Positions 38,580 through 52,387 are shown, counted from the first letter of the stretch. The stretch is 64,000 nucleotides of DNA from Octopus vulgaris (GCA_951406725.2 OX597817.1:154814001-154878000), one strand, 5' to 3'. Made by a program: numbers and translations. The notes: generated by a model from the sequence alone, not told the origin.

Positions 38580-39090
38580 AAACACACACACATAGATATA
38601 GATATAGATATACATACACACGCACACATAGATATAGATATATATACACACGCACACATAGATATAGATATATATATACACACGCACGCACACACATATA
38701 TATATAGACGTACACGCACATATACGCATATATAGAAAGAGCGAGAGACAGAGTGGGGGGAAAGAGAGGTAGGGAAGGGGAGATAGAAAGACAGAGTGTG
38801 TGAGAGAGAGAGACAGAAAGACAGAGTGTGTGAGAGAGAGAGAGATAGAAAGACAGAGTGTGTGAGACAGAGAGAGATAGAAAGACAGAGTGTGTGAGAG
38901 AGAGAGAGAGATATAGAAAGAGCGAGAGATAGAGAGGGGAAAGAGAGGTAGGGAAGGGGAGATAGAAAGACAGAGTGTGTGTGTGAGAGAGAGATAGAAA
39001 GACAGAGTGTGTGAGAGAGAGAGAGAGATAGAAAGACAGAGTGTATGTGAGAGAGAGAGATAGAAAGACAGAGTGTGTGAGAGAGAGACA
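38580..39090. repeat. Complex GA/GT/GATA microsatellite with repeated subunits
   Basis: Recurrent gatagaaagacagagtgtgtgagagag. Confidence 0.9.
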
Positions 39091-39989
39091 AAACGCACAG
39101 ATGAACAAATTGCTTTGGTGTGAAGGCATCAACGAATCATACATTCGTATATTCTTGTAACACAGGCGGACACTGACACGTGAACTGACATACACAAACT
39201 ATATATAACGGAGATGTGTGTATAAAATTCACTTATGTATCTCAAGAGACGTTCAGGAATATAGACAAACACATTCTACACACAGTTTTTCAGATACTTA
39301 TACACCTACACACACTTACACACACAGACACAACTGAAAACTTAAAACTCGCACTGATCAAAAACTTACAACTTTACTAATTTCCTTCCCACTTTCTTCT
39401 GTTTCTCTCTCGCTCTCTCTCTCTCTCTCCCCACCCGTTTTGTCTCTGTACGCAGCTTATCTGCCTGTCTACCCCTAACTGTTTATCTATTCATTCATCT
39501 AATTTATTTTCATATATGATTTTAATTACGAAATCTTAAACACAATCTTCAGCCCGAGGACGAACCCACCACTAGCGGCACTTACAGGCTAAATGCTCTC
39601 ATACAGCTGACAACACACAGCAGAATTGTTCACATAGGTACGTTGCTAATTATACTTCTTCTTTTCATTTACTCTCGTCTTTATATCCTCTTTATTCTAT
39701 TTGTTATTATTATTATTATTATTATTGTCGCTGACATTCCAACTTCGACAACTATTTGGTGTACATACATTCATTCACAACACACACATACATACATATA
39801 TATATGTGTATATATATTTATTTATACAAACTGTATGGTATTTTACTTGTATCAGCCCGTCGACTGTAGACAACTGCACATACACACACGTGTCTTATGT
39901 ATGTATGTATGTATGTACGTGTATATTCACACACATGAACATATGTGTGCTTATATGCACACACATGTATGTGTTTGTATGTATTACGT

Positions 39990-40567
39990 ATATATATATA
40001 TATATATAAATGTGTGCGTGTGTATATCTATGTGTGTGTATGTAATATATATGTATGTATATATATATAAATATGTGTGTGTGTGTATGTTATATATATA
40101 TATATAAATATGTGTGTGTGTATGTAATATATATATAAATATGTGTGTGTGTGTATGTAATATATATATAAATATGTGTGTGTGTGTATGTTATATATAT
40201 ATAAATATGTGTGTGTATGTAATATATATATAAATATGTGTGTGTATGTAATATATATATAAATATGTGTGTGTATGTAATATATATATATAAATGTGGG
40301 TGTATGTAATATATATGTATATATATATATAAATGTGTGTGTGTATGTAACATATGTGTATATATACACACATATATATAAATGTGTGTATATATACACA
40401 CATATATATAAATGTGTGTGCGTGTGTATATCTATATGTGTGTGTATATATATATGTTTAGATGTGTGTGCGTGTGTATATCTATGTGTGTGTGTGTATG
40501 TAATATATATGTGTGTGTATATATATAAATGTGTGTACGTGTGCATATCTATATGTGTGTGTGTGTG
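39990..40567. repeat. Complex TA/TG microsatellite
   Basis: Recurrent atatatataaatatgtgtgtgtatgta units. Confidence 0.9.
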
Positions 40568-40828
40568 ATAAACCTTAAGCATTCTAACAAAGCCCTCGAT
40601 ATAGACGGAGAGCAAAGTACACATTTCTGTGTGCTTAAGGTATTTAGTTTTCATATTAGATATGTATACACTCAGCTATGTGTTCATAAACGGGAAATAA
40701 TACATTTTGTGTTAATAAACATTAAATTTTCATTAATTCCATTGTTTCTCTACCATTCGGCTATGTTTGTACTGTTACTGAGCGCTTAAGTTTGATGTCA
40801 AAAAACTTAAGGGCCACCACACACTCTT

Positions 40829-40860
<32 letters not shown>

Positions 40861-41439
40861 ACCCATGTATGTACGTATGCATGTATTGCATATTAAATAT
40901 GTATGATAATGGGGCGATGGGTCTTCTCGATCATTTAACCCTCTCCCTAGTGTCATGTTGATCTGTTCTAAGGTTAATTTATTCCTTACTGCCAAGACAG
41001 TTACCATGCAATAAAAGGATTTCAAAAAAGGTTCTATGATGAATGTCTAAAAGCTAAGTTGTTTGGATGTGTCAGCTAAATTGTAGCCTGCCGATGAATA
41101 ATTCGCAATAATCATGTAATAACAGTAACAACAGCAATACCGATACCGACAGAATTAGTTACCATTTATTGTTTTAATTGTTGTTGTAGTTGTTATGTGT
41201 GTGCAAGAATGACTGAATTCAATGTCTTAACATATTCTAACTTCAACTTCTTCGACACACACACACACGCCTCGATCTTTCTGTGTACACACACACAATC
41301 AGAAACGAATGCACGCAAAACCGTAACAAACGTAAATATAGTTCATATACCGATATGTATACACAACACACACACACACACGTTGAGGCACTGTGATTGC
41401 CTTACACCGGCATGGTCTTAAATATGATGGTTCAAACAG

Positions 41440-41493
<54 letters not shown>

Positions 41494-41496
<3 letters not shown>

Positions 41497-41625
41497 GGTG
41501 TCCCCAAAAAATGTATACACACCTTAAATAATTGTAAATTTGTTATTCTTTGTAAGCCTAGTACTTATTCTATCGTTCTCTTTTGCCGAACCACTATGTG
41601 TATACATTTTTGGGGGGACACCCTG
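41494..41625. mobile_element. Tc1/mariner-type MITE in TA tract
   Basis: TA|CAGGGTGTCCCCAAAAAATGTATACAC ... GTGTATACATTTTTGGGGGGACACCCTG|TA. Confidence 0.8.
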
Positions 41626-41697
41626 TATATATACACACACACACACATGGAAAAAAAAGGCAAGATAGAAAATGCTAAAATAATTTTATAAAAAACA

Positions 41698-41740
41698 TTT
41701 CAGCACCGGTTTCAGTCATTGAGACTTTTTCAACCTTATG
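41698..41740 (-). ncRNA. Hammerhead variant (U3-A8 core), degenerate cleavage triplet
   Basis: Minus strand AGG-UUGAAAA-AGUC-UCAAU-GACU-GAAA-CCGG-UG^CUG. Stem II AGUC/GACU, palindromic stem III ACCGGU. Lies in insert ~41648-41877 between microsatellites. Confidence 0.55.
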
Positions 41741-41875
41741 TATGGAAAACAAATTTAGAAAAATTAAAAAAGTTTTTTTATAAGAATATTTGTATAGAGT
41801 TCAAATACAAGTGGCATTTTCCTTGTTTCTGCCTGTCTCTGTCTCTCTTGTTTACTCTTGTGGGTTCGAGGTCGT

Positions 41876-41918
<43 letters not shown>

Positions 41919-43088
41919 TGTATTTTGTATTCTTGTGGTGCTGGCAAAACTTTCTTGCGGGTATTTAAACCAACCACCACCACTTAAAAAACACACACAC
42001 ACAAAAAAAAAAAAAAATTAAGGGAAGTAACTCCAATAAGATCAGTTCATCGAATTTTATTGTCAATACAAGCAAAGCAGATCGGGGTGGATCCCAGTCT
42101 ATCAAAGCCAGATGACGAAAGCAATGGAAATGTTTAATTCCCTTCCTGGTTGTTTTTACATTTCAAATACCCCCCCCCCCCCGAAGAAGCTTTTACTCCC
42201 TAAATACTTTGGTAATTTTAGATGGTGAAAGTGTTTCAGTTCCTATATTACACAAGTGAAACCTTAGCATGTTTTTTAGTATGAAAAAAACACTCCCTAG
42301 GGGTTCATTTGTCTCAGCCATATTGCTGATGTTCATAATCTTTATTACTAACGTTTTTTCTATTTGTCTGTCTGTTTGCCCCTTTTTTTTTTCATTAGGT
42401 TCAGTCCCACTATACAATACCTTGGGCAAGTGTTGTCTACTAGAGTTCGGGGTCAATCAAAACCTTACGAGTGGAACTGGCAAACAGAAACCGAAAGTAG
42501 TCTGTCTTACATGTGTGTGTGTGTGTGTGTTTTATGTTTGTTCCATACTACCTCTTGACAACCAATGTTGGTTTGTTCACATCCCTGTAACTTAGTAGTT
42601 TGGCAAAAGAGACCTATAGAATACATACTAACCTTAAGAAATAAACACTGGGGGTCAATTATGTTCAGCTAAACTTTTCAAGGCAGTGTCTTAGCATAAC
42701 AAGTAAAAGATATATATATGTATGTCAGTCTTAGTTTTACCAATAGAGTAGAATATGCTTAATGAAGGAGGTTTAATAAGACTGAAACATCCCCACTGCT
42801 TTTATCCATTTCGGCATTAAAGATGAGGTCCACTTCAATCATTATTGTTTATATTGAGCTAAAATTTTAATCAGCTTATCTTTGTTTGAAGTTTTCTCCC
42901 TTGCTTGTAGATTGTAAACCCACCCCACCCACATGAGGGAGTTTTTGTCTATGAATTGTTTGTATAATCTTTATTGATTGAAGTTTTTCAGTCCCTACTG
43001 ATGTCAGTAATATAAATGCAAGGTCCATATAGATTGCATTCTCTCTCCTAAATAGATTGTATTCTCTTTTCAAGAATTTAAGTTTGAA

Positions 43089-43518
43089 AGGTGGCAAGCT
43101 GGCAGAAACATTAGCATGCTGGGCGAAATGCTTAGCAGTATTTCGTCTGTCTTTACGTTCTGAGTTCAAATTCCGACTTTGCCTTTCATCCTTACGTGGT
43201 TGATAAATTAAGTACAGTTGCATACTGGGGTTGATCTAATTGACTGGTCCCTCTCCCAAAATTTCAGGCCTTGTGCCTAGAGTAGAAAAGATTTCTATTT
43301 TAAGGCAGCAAGCTGGCAGAAGCATTAGTACAATGGGTAAAATGCTTAGCGGTATTTCGTTTGTCTTTACGTTCTGAGTTCAAATTCCGCCAAGGCCAAC
43401 TTTGCCTTTCATCCTTACGTGGTTGATAAATTAAGTACCAGTTGCATACTGGGGTTGATCTAATCGACTGGCCAGCCCCTCCCCGAAAATTTCAGGCGTT
43501 GTGCCTAGAGTAGAAAAG
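43089..43518 (+). mobile_element. Two tandem SINE family C copies
   Basis: Heads at ~43089 and ~43303 with the same body and agagtagaaaag tail. Other diverged copies at ~6674-6800, 7005-7170, 19695-19900, 51325-51490, 53920-54080 and 55050-55250. Confidence 0.8.
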
Positions 43519-43795
43519 TTTGAGTTTTGCTTCCCGACCCCTGCTCCCCAATTAGTTAGTCAGGGAGGAGAAAAAGATGGGTTTTTACTTTGACAAGCTG
43601 TCTCTTTGCATCTGAAACTGATGTGGTTAATTCTCAACCAGAACATCTGTTTATCTGTATCTGTAGGGTGGTAACCAGGAGTGTGGGCTGAATGTTTGCT
43701 ATAGAGAAAACTCAGTTAAAGGCACCTAAAGACCAGATAGTATCAAACCAGGAAATGAAGTAAGGGTACAACCTGAATTATATATTTGTTTGCAT

Positions 43796-43840
<45 letters not shown>

Positions 43841-43849
43841 AATATATAT

Positions 43850-44050
43850 ACTCTTTTTACTCTCTTTTACTTGTTTCAGTCATTTGACTGCGGCTATGCT
43901 GGAGCACCGCCTTTAGTCGAGCAAATCGACCCCGGGACTTATTCTTTGTAAGCCCAGTACTTATTCTATCGGTCTCTTTTTTGCCGAACCGCTAAGTGAC
44001 GGGGACGTAAACACACCAGCATCGGTTGTCAAGCAATGCTAGGGGGACAA

Positions 44051-44111
<61 letters not shown>

Positions 44112-44285
44112 TACGACAGGCTTCTTTCAGTTTCCATCTACCAAATCCACTCACAAGGCATTGTTCGGCCCGGGGCTATAGCAGAAGACACTAGCCCAAG
44201 ATGCCACGCAGTGGGACTGAACCCGGAACCATGTGGTTGGTTAGCAAGCTACTTACCACACAGCCACTCAGCCACTCCTGCGCCT
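43850..44285 (-). mobile_element. SINE family B
   Basis: Full copy, reverse. Older diverged relatives at ~42398-42710, ~44815-45260, ~46215-46560 and ~55715-56075. Confidence 0.85.
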
Positions 44286-46656
44286 ATATATATATATGTA
44301 TGTGTATATATGTGTATATATATATAGTTGAAGCAGATGAAGCTATGCATATTGTGTTAATATTCTATTATTTACACTCTATTATTTATAGCTTTATCTG
44401 CTTCAAGTTTCACCATTCCAAAAAATAAATATTTCATGTTCCTTTTAAGTTTTTAAATTCTTACAACAATATATATATAATCAAATGTGGTCTCCGTGTT
44501 TAGAATCATAATGTTGAAACAGATGTTGCCCCTGAGGGGGATCCAGTTTGTGAAACCAATTGTAGGTGCACACATTAGCGTAAGTAATTGTAGGTAAGAG
44601 GGCATCATCTATTAGGTAATGGGCAAGAAATAACATTGAGGTACTGACAGTAATACACTAAGTGATTTTGTATATTAGTTCCCATTTATGTATTTTGATC
44701 TATTTATACTTACTATTTATACTTCCATCTGCTTACTATACTGATGGCAGCATGTTTTACATGACACCAAACTCTCTCTCTCTCTCTCTCTCTCTCAAAT
44801 ATTGGAATAGTTGTAGGCATTGTAGTGTGGATGAGAAGCTTGTTTCCCAAACATGTGGTCTTGGATTCAGCCCAAATGCATAGCAGCCTGGGCAAATGCC
44901 TTCGACTATAACCTTGGGCCAACCAAATCTTTATGAGTGGATTTGGTTGACAGAAACTGAAAGAAGCCCATCGCATATATATGTGTGTGTGTGTGTGTTT
45001 AATTATATGTATCTATATATGTGTTTGTTTGTGTACCCTTGTCTTCACATTATGTGATGGTTGTAAAGGTACTTCACAATCATACAAGTGATGTTGTTCA
45101 TTTTTTGTCTTCTAAAAAAAAAAATATTTGGTTTTGGGGTAATACAGTGCTTGAAAGTGGGTAAGGATTGGTGGTAGGAAGGGCATCTGGCCACTGAAAA
45201 TCTGCCTCAATAAATTTTGTCTGAACCATACAGGTAGGGGGAAATGGAGGTTAACTGATGGTGTTAATGAAATGGAGAATGAGAGACACAGAAAGCCGTT
45301 AAGGAGCGTGATGATGATGATGGCAGTTTAAAAACCGGATTAATTTGCTGATACATTTAAGTAGTTCATTGTGAAACCCTTTTTTAGTGAGCTTCTAATA
45401 TCATTTACATTAAATTTATTTTCAGATTTAACCTCAAAATGCTTCAGTTGTTTTTAATTACCTAACAATAAATCTTTATAGGGGTTCCCAAGGGTTCAAA
45501 TTCAGAAATATCGCTGAAATCTTTGTGGTGCATTTTAGGTATACACTCATTTGTATGTGTGTATGTATGTATGTATATATGTGTGTTATGTTTAGTCCTA
45601 GAAAGAAACAGGATATCCATGATGCTTTTCATGTCCTGTAAGACTTGGAGGTACCCCCAATCAGAGATCTGGCTTGATTATGTGCATCAGTATGGCCCCT
45701 GCAAAAGACACCCAATGGGCAAGTGGTGATATCGAACCAGGTGCCCAAGCTTTCATCAGAAACTGAAACTAGATTCTATCCTTTGTCATACTGCACTTAT
45801 AAAAGAGAAAACAAGACATGGACTGTTTTAGCATTCATGTGTTTCCTGAAGTAATAACATTTCACTCATTATGAATTGGCTGTAACCAAGAATCAAAACA
45901 ATCACTGAACTGGCCTCTATAGTAAAAGTATTGATTTATTTACACTGAAACAAGGCTGCAAATACATGGAAGAAGGATATAAATTACACTTTGCACTTAC
46001 GTTATTGACACCAACAGGATTTGAATTCTGAATGCTGAGAGAGATAAATGTTTTACTGTATCTATTCTATTGCTCTACTATTTTATATCACAATATTACC
46101 TTGTACAATTCCTTGGAAAAGGACCATAGATGACTGAATTTACACTAGTATTTTTTATTGGAAAATCCTGGAAGATTGTAAGAAATTAACTGTCGGTTTC
46201 TCTGTCATTATGATGTGTGCTTCCCAACCAGATGGTCTTGAGTTCAGTCCTGCTCTGTAGCACCTTAGGTAAATGTCTTCTATCATATAGCCCTTGGACT
46301 GGCCAAAGCATTGTGAGTGAATTTGGTAGACAGAAGTTGAAACAAGCTCACTGTGTGTGTGTGTGTGTGTACTTTCTCCTTGTCTTGGCATCATGTGATA
46401 GCTGTAAAAAAAGCATCACCATCATACAAGTAATGTCCTTTGTTTCCAATCTTCTGTGAAAACATGTCTGGCCATGGGGAAATATTACCTTACTTGGAAA
46501 CAAGTGAGGGTTGACACCAGGAAGGGTGTCCAGCCACAGAAAATCTGCCTCAACGAATTCTGAGTTGTGCAAGGACAGATGCTGATGATTGTGTGTGTGT
46601 GTGCATGCTCATGTACATATTTCTCTGTCTCTCTTTCTCTCCCTCTCTCTATCTCT

Positions 46657-46703
<47 letters not shown>

Positions 46704-46779
46704 TAGATAAATAGATAGATATATTGGCTCTCTTGTAAGAATTTTGTTTCACAACCACATGATTATGAGTTCCTGCATC

Positions 46780-47866
46780 CCACTGCATGGCTTCCTGCAT
46801 GTTACTGATCAGATGCATATTCCCTTGCAGAATTTCCTGCCAAGTGTCATGCAGTGATCTCAAAAGATCTGGCTTTGAAGCTGCTTTCTTGTTCTTTTTA
46901 TGAAATCTATTTTGTCCCAGAGGTGTTCAATAGGGTTCATATCTTGTGACTAGCTTAGCCATAGAAGCTTTTTAATACTTTTTCTCACCTAACAAATTTT
47001 GGATCATTTTAGCCATGTGTCAAGGAGCCCCATCTTCCATAAATAGTCTTCTTTAATCATTTTACCACTGGAGAAGATTGGAAGGAGTCCTTTGTACAAT
47101 ATGGACACATATTTATCTGAGTTTATGTTTGCTTCACACTCAACCAGCTCTGATCAACCATTGCTCTAAATTGCTTCCCAGACCATCACAGAATAGCTGC
47201 CATTTTTCATTGTTGGCTGCAATCTTTTCACATCAAATTCCTGATCACAGAGTCTCCAGACCCACACTCAACCACTGTCAGGAAATACAGCAAATCTGGA
47301 CTCATCAGAGAATATGACAGTGTTCCAAAATGCTAATGCCTCTCCACCATTTCACTGACTCAATTTTTTCTCTGCTTGATGTTGCCCGGTCGAAGAAGTG
47401 GCTTCCTTCTGCTCTGCTATAGTAACCAAGTTTGTGGAGATACCTGACAGCTGTTCTGGGACTGACATCAACTTATTTTACTATGTCAGAGGCCGAGTAA
47501 CAAGGATTATCCTTCACACTTCTCTTAACAAAGAAAAGGGTCTTGTCAGAGGACCCTGGTTGATCTGGACAAGGTGATGTGGACTCTTTCCCCTCTCTGG
47601 TGAATTGCACAATCACTCTATTAACTGTAGAAAGTGGGATCCCAAGGTTTTCTGTGATTTTACACTATGTCCGTGTTCAGAATGACCCACAATACGGCCT
47701 CTTTGAAATTCAGACAGTTCCAAGGTTTCTTTTGTACATGGCATCAGTCACATATAGAACCTAAACATAATGATGTCAACCAATAAAAAATATAGACCAT
47801 TACAAGTTAGAAGAAACAAAAAACGTTGTTTTATGGGGTGTCTATTTACTTCTGTCATCTGTGTGT
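46780..47866 (-). pseudogene. Tc1 transposon relic
   Basis: Minus strand RRKPLL (~47410), FWNTVIFSDESRF (~47320), FMEDGAP*H (~47035); Tc1-like terminus cacacagatgacagaagtaaatagacacccc at ~47835-47866. Confidence 0.75.
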
Positions 47867-47871
47867 GTGAG

Positions 47872-48995
47872 CCGTATATACTCCTGTAAAAGCCGAATTC
47901 TTTAGATCATTTTTTAAGGTCAAATTTATGGAGTCGACTATTACATGGATACTACTTTTGAGGGGCTGAAATTCAAGCTAGAATGAAGTACCGTAACAGC
48001 AGCAGAAGCCCGACTGATCTCTGAGCGAATAAACACAAAAACAATGAATTACAGTAATATTACCAATTCTATGCCTCAAAACACCCGTCCTAGTAAATAA
48101 CAAAACCCATCAACAAGACCGCATTGCTCTCATGTGCAGTTACCAGTAAATGTCCATAATATGGTGTAGAGTTGTTAATCTGGAGCAGGAATTCCCAAAG
48201 TGTGTTCTACAAAATCCCAGGGTTCCCTGAAAGTTATCAAGGGTTCCACGTTTTTAAAGATAATGTCGAAGGATTCCACGACACAAAATGCTTGGGAACC
48301 ACTGATTTAGCGATTAACTAAATGTTTTTATGCTTACCGGAGTCATGCCTCTGTGCGAATTCATACAGTGCTGTCTGTGAAACACGTCTCTCATCATGTA
48401 AACAGACGAACGTATGACGCATGTGTTTATTGTATTTGGAGATGAGGAAAATACAAAGGTCGCAGGGGAACCACTGATCTAGCGATTAATTGGAAGTTTT
48501 TAGGTTTACCAAAGTCATGCCTTTGTACGAATTCAGAAAGTGGCGTTTGCCAGTGTTCGCCAATAGTCTTGTCTGTAAAACCCGTTTCTCACCGTGTAAA
48601 CAACGAGTGTATGGACGCATATGTTTATTGTGCTTCAAGATATATGCAAGCTTGCAACATATCCTAGGCATACATTCTATAATGGTAATGTAGCAGTCAT
48701 CAACAAATGTGTAGTGCTCGCTATTAAATGGTGTTTTACTATAAGCACTAAGCATTCCATTATTAGCGCCAAGCGTTCCACCTATAGAGTAGCCTACAGC
48801 AAGGTAGCCACACAATTTTGCAACAGTGTTATTTCTACGTACAGGATAATACGGTACCTCGACCCACAAATGTTGTCCTGTTGTTTGTGAAATACTAAGG
48901 TCGATTTTTATACAGGGTCTATGGAAAATACCCAATTTTTTTGCCCAAAATAGGGGGTCGACTTTTACATGAGATCGACTATTGAGTATTTATGG
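47872..48995. mobile_element. Non-autonomous Tc1/mariner (pogo-like) DNA element
   Basis: Termini CCGTATATACTC / GAGTATTTATGG|TA, subterminal gtcgact motifs at both ends, internal ~170 bp direct duplication (48296 and 48468). Confidence 0.55.
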
Positions 48996-50454
48996 TATAT
49001 TGATGGATGGATAGCTGGATGATATGCCAAGTCTTTCTTTGGAACTCAGGTTGGTGTGTTGTTAATAAGAGCAGAGGTCTGTAACTTTTTTCACTTGTTG
49101 TACACTTATATTCTTTGGAAAATTCGGCAGAACACCTAAACTAAAAGTATAGAGAGAAAAAATTAGTATATTCAGGTTACATTGCGGCATACCGGATGTG
49201 AGACACTGAGTAAGAGGCTTGGTTTTTGTACACCTTGACAGTCATACCTGTAATAAAAGGGAATAAAACAAAAGAAGATGATTAGGTAACAATAATAATA
49301 TAGTTGTTGTCCTCTCCGCTCCATCCTGGCCAAACCAGACCCGGCAGGTCTATGATCAAATACATCCTAGCCTTGAGTATCCCGTCATATTCTTATGTGT
49401 AGGGAACTCAGGATCACATTATGCAAAGTGTCCTTTTTAAAACAAAGCAAAAAGATGAGAATAGGCTGCAGTATAATTTCAATGCGATTTGGGCGAAGTT
49501 TCTCGGATTAGCCCCCCATATTATGTAGAGAAAGAAAAGATTAATGTGTTTGTATGTGTGTGTAGTCCAGTTGTGTTTCATATAACGGAAATTACTATTT
49601 CAAACATTTTTTTGTTTCGGAATTCCAATTTTCTTTTACGTTTCCCCATCCTGTCCCGGTTACCATTTCCTCTCTCGTGGGTTTCGAAGCTCCTAATCTG
49701 AAACTCTACCGAGATCTGGATTTTATTCCTAGTTCTATGTACCATGTAAATGCTCTCTCCGTAGGCTCGTTAATAAAACATTTACATATGTTTTGTGTGT
49801 CATTCATACATGAGAAAGAAAGACTGATGTTTCAGGCAGTGCTTTTTTATTGAAAAAACATTGTTTTGTTTTGCCGCTGCTTAACTTTTCGACCAGAAAA
49901 ACCACATTTTAAAATCTTTTTTCACGCCACTACACATTTCACATCATTTCTTCACTACACTTCTCTCGTTTTCTCTCTTTTCTGTCTGTCTTTCACTACA
50001 TTTCTCTCGTGGTGTTTGCAAATCTCTTCAAACGCGATAGCATACAACTGACTGTGTTTCTACCGCTGTATTGACTGGGGTGATGATAAGTGATACAGTG
50101 CAATTTACACAAAACCTCAGCAGTTGTTTATCTGTAACCGGGAACTATACAAACTTTGTGGACGTTTCTCCACTTAAGATATACGAAGAGATTACTGTTT
50201 AAACATCAGCAAACATCTGTTAAATCTTAGTATAAGGTAGTTGAACTGTTAAGATTATTTTTATAGTGTTTATTTTATATTAGTATTAATAAGTATTGAA
50301 AAACTTTTTTCATAACAAAACTGACTAGTTTTTGCTATTCAGCCTTTTAGATCAACCCTTACCAAGAAGATCTGTGATTAAAGATGTTCCAGCTAGGACC
50401 ACCCGTTTCATTTTTAAACATTGTATCTAGAACTACATATATCTGAATAAGAAA

Positions 50455-50835
50455 AAAAAAGAAAATAGAGAAACTGACGCAAAGACATCAGTTTATTCAA
50501 AGATATTCAAATCAATATAATATGAAATTCTTATCCCTACAACCGTTTCCATATCCAATTAATTCAATTAGAGAAATTAAATTAAATTAGTTTAAAATTT
50601 TCGTATTGAAACTGGTTAATTGGGTATTTCATCTGGGGAGAATGTTCCTGATTGAGCCTTGACAGACTCAGATGTGTGCGTTTTGGTAATGTATGTATTT
50701 GATTCAATTTAATTTCTCTACTTGAATTAATTGGATATGGAAACGGCTGTAGGGATAAGAATTTCATATTATATTGATTTGAATATCCTTGAATAAACTG
50801 ATGTCTATACGTCAATTTCTTTATTTTCTTCTTTT
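50455..50835. repeat. Inverted repeat (~135 bp arms) of an HHR-bearing pLTR-like sequence
   Basis: Arm ~50455-50588 (..acatcagtttattcaaagatattcaaatcaatataatatgaaattcttatccctacaaccgtttccatatccaattaattcaa..) is the near reverse complement of ~50700-50835. Confidence 0.85.
50534..50639 (-). ncRNA. Hammerhead ribozyme with long stem II, degenerate (U4A)
   Basis: Minus strand UCCC-CAGAUGA-A-AUACCCAAUUAA...UUAAUUGGAUAU-G-GAAA-CGGUUG-UA^GGGA. Stem I UCCC/GGGA. Confidence 0.6.
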
Positions 50836-50976
50836 TCTCATTCACAAATATTTTAAATGCCACTATACACCAATGCAAAACTAAAGTATTTAGTTTCCAC
50901 TGAACACTAGTATAAACTGGAGAACTAAGATGATGCAAACGTCCCTTAAAGGATTATAGATCCTTGGCATGATTAT

Positions 50977-51018
<42 letters not shown>

Positions 51019-52387
51019 TAACAAAAAGCATTGCACGAATTATTTTTGGTGTCAAAAAATTAATTACTTCCCCACGACTGCATAATAATTTACGAGATAA
51101 AATCTTATTTATCATCAGTTTTTATGAGTGGGAAAACTTCTTGCCGAGAGCAAAATTTCTCCGTGTACAAATCTGAAACCTCTCCCTGATGAATGCTCAT
51201 TGTGATAAAAAAAAAAAAAAAAGAATTAGAATTAAGCCTTAAGACCTAAACTAATGTAATTTAAGTTGCATACTTATGAATTTGTATCATTAACGATTCG
51301 TTATTTCTCTCAGTGCATAGGACGGTGGAGTAGCAGAATGGCCAGAAAAAAATACCGCCAAAGTTAAATTTGGTTTGCCTCCTTTCGAGGTCGATAAAGT
51401 AAAGTACCATTTAGTATTGGGATCAACGATATCATCCTAATCACTCTAACGCTTTCCCCTCAAAATCGCTGGTCTTGTGCCTAAATTAGAAACAATTGTT
51501 TTTCTCCGCCAGTATTTATTTATTTTCTCCACCCTTGCTTTTTGAAGTAATTACTACCATTATTAGCTCTAGTGAATCGTTAGCATCGTCAAAAAAAAAT
51601 GCCTTGCGGTAGTTATTCTTGCTCTTTACATTCTAGGTTCAATTCCTGCCTGTCCCTCTTTGGAAACCGATAAAATAAAATACCAGTCATGTACTTAATA
51701 TCGATTTGATCAATTAAACTCGACCCCTCCTGTTTATGTATGGACTTGTGCCTATGTTACACAAACATGTGTTAACTCGAGTCGATACTGATGGCGTACG
51801 TAAATTGACGAAGTGAGAGAAATTTCGTAAATGTGTTTCGCGACCTTTTCAAAGTCTCTTTGTTACCCCCAAATTTATTTCGTACAACTATTATTAGCGT
51901 CAAGTTTGTCGAGATGGTTGATTCCTCTTTAGATTCTTCATAACTCATAATTCCGTCTATACCAGTTGCTCAGCGTGAGGTGTGCGCAAAGCACAAACAA
52001 TGCAGTCACCACTGTATATGCGTGTTTGTTGCCAATAGATGAAGGTATGTTACGTTTAAGGAAGAGGCAGGTAATTTGGCTGCCGTACAGAGCGGATCAA
52101 ACCTACGCTATGTTACTGGTTTATATCGCACTAACGATACACAGCTGCTTGTTAGAGGGAAAACATCCAGAGAGAATTCACAAGTGTTATATCATGAAAT
52201 TAGCAAAAGTGAATGGAAAACCCTCGGCTGTTTTCAATTTAGGCATAAGATAGTAATTTTTAGTGGGTAGGTTGTCGATTAAATTGATCCCAGTCTTGAT
52301 ACTTATTTTCTTGACCCTGAAAGGATGAAAAACCGCAAAGCTTTATGTTTCGCCGCTCTACGATTTTGTCGATCTCTCTTTATAATA

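Noticed and set aside
43667-43759. Possible exon (ctgtag|...|gtaagg, MFAIEKTQLK...)
   Set aside because: Splice-like signals only; no recognisable protein and no partner exons.
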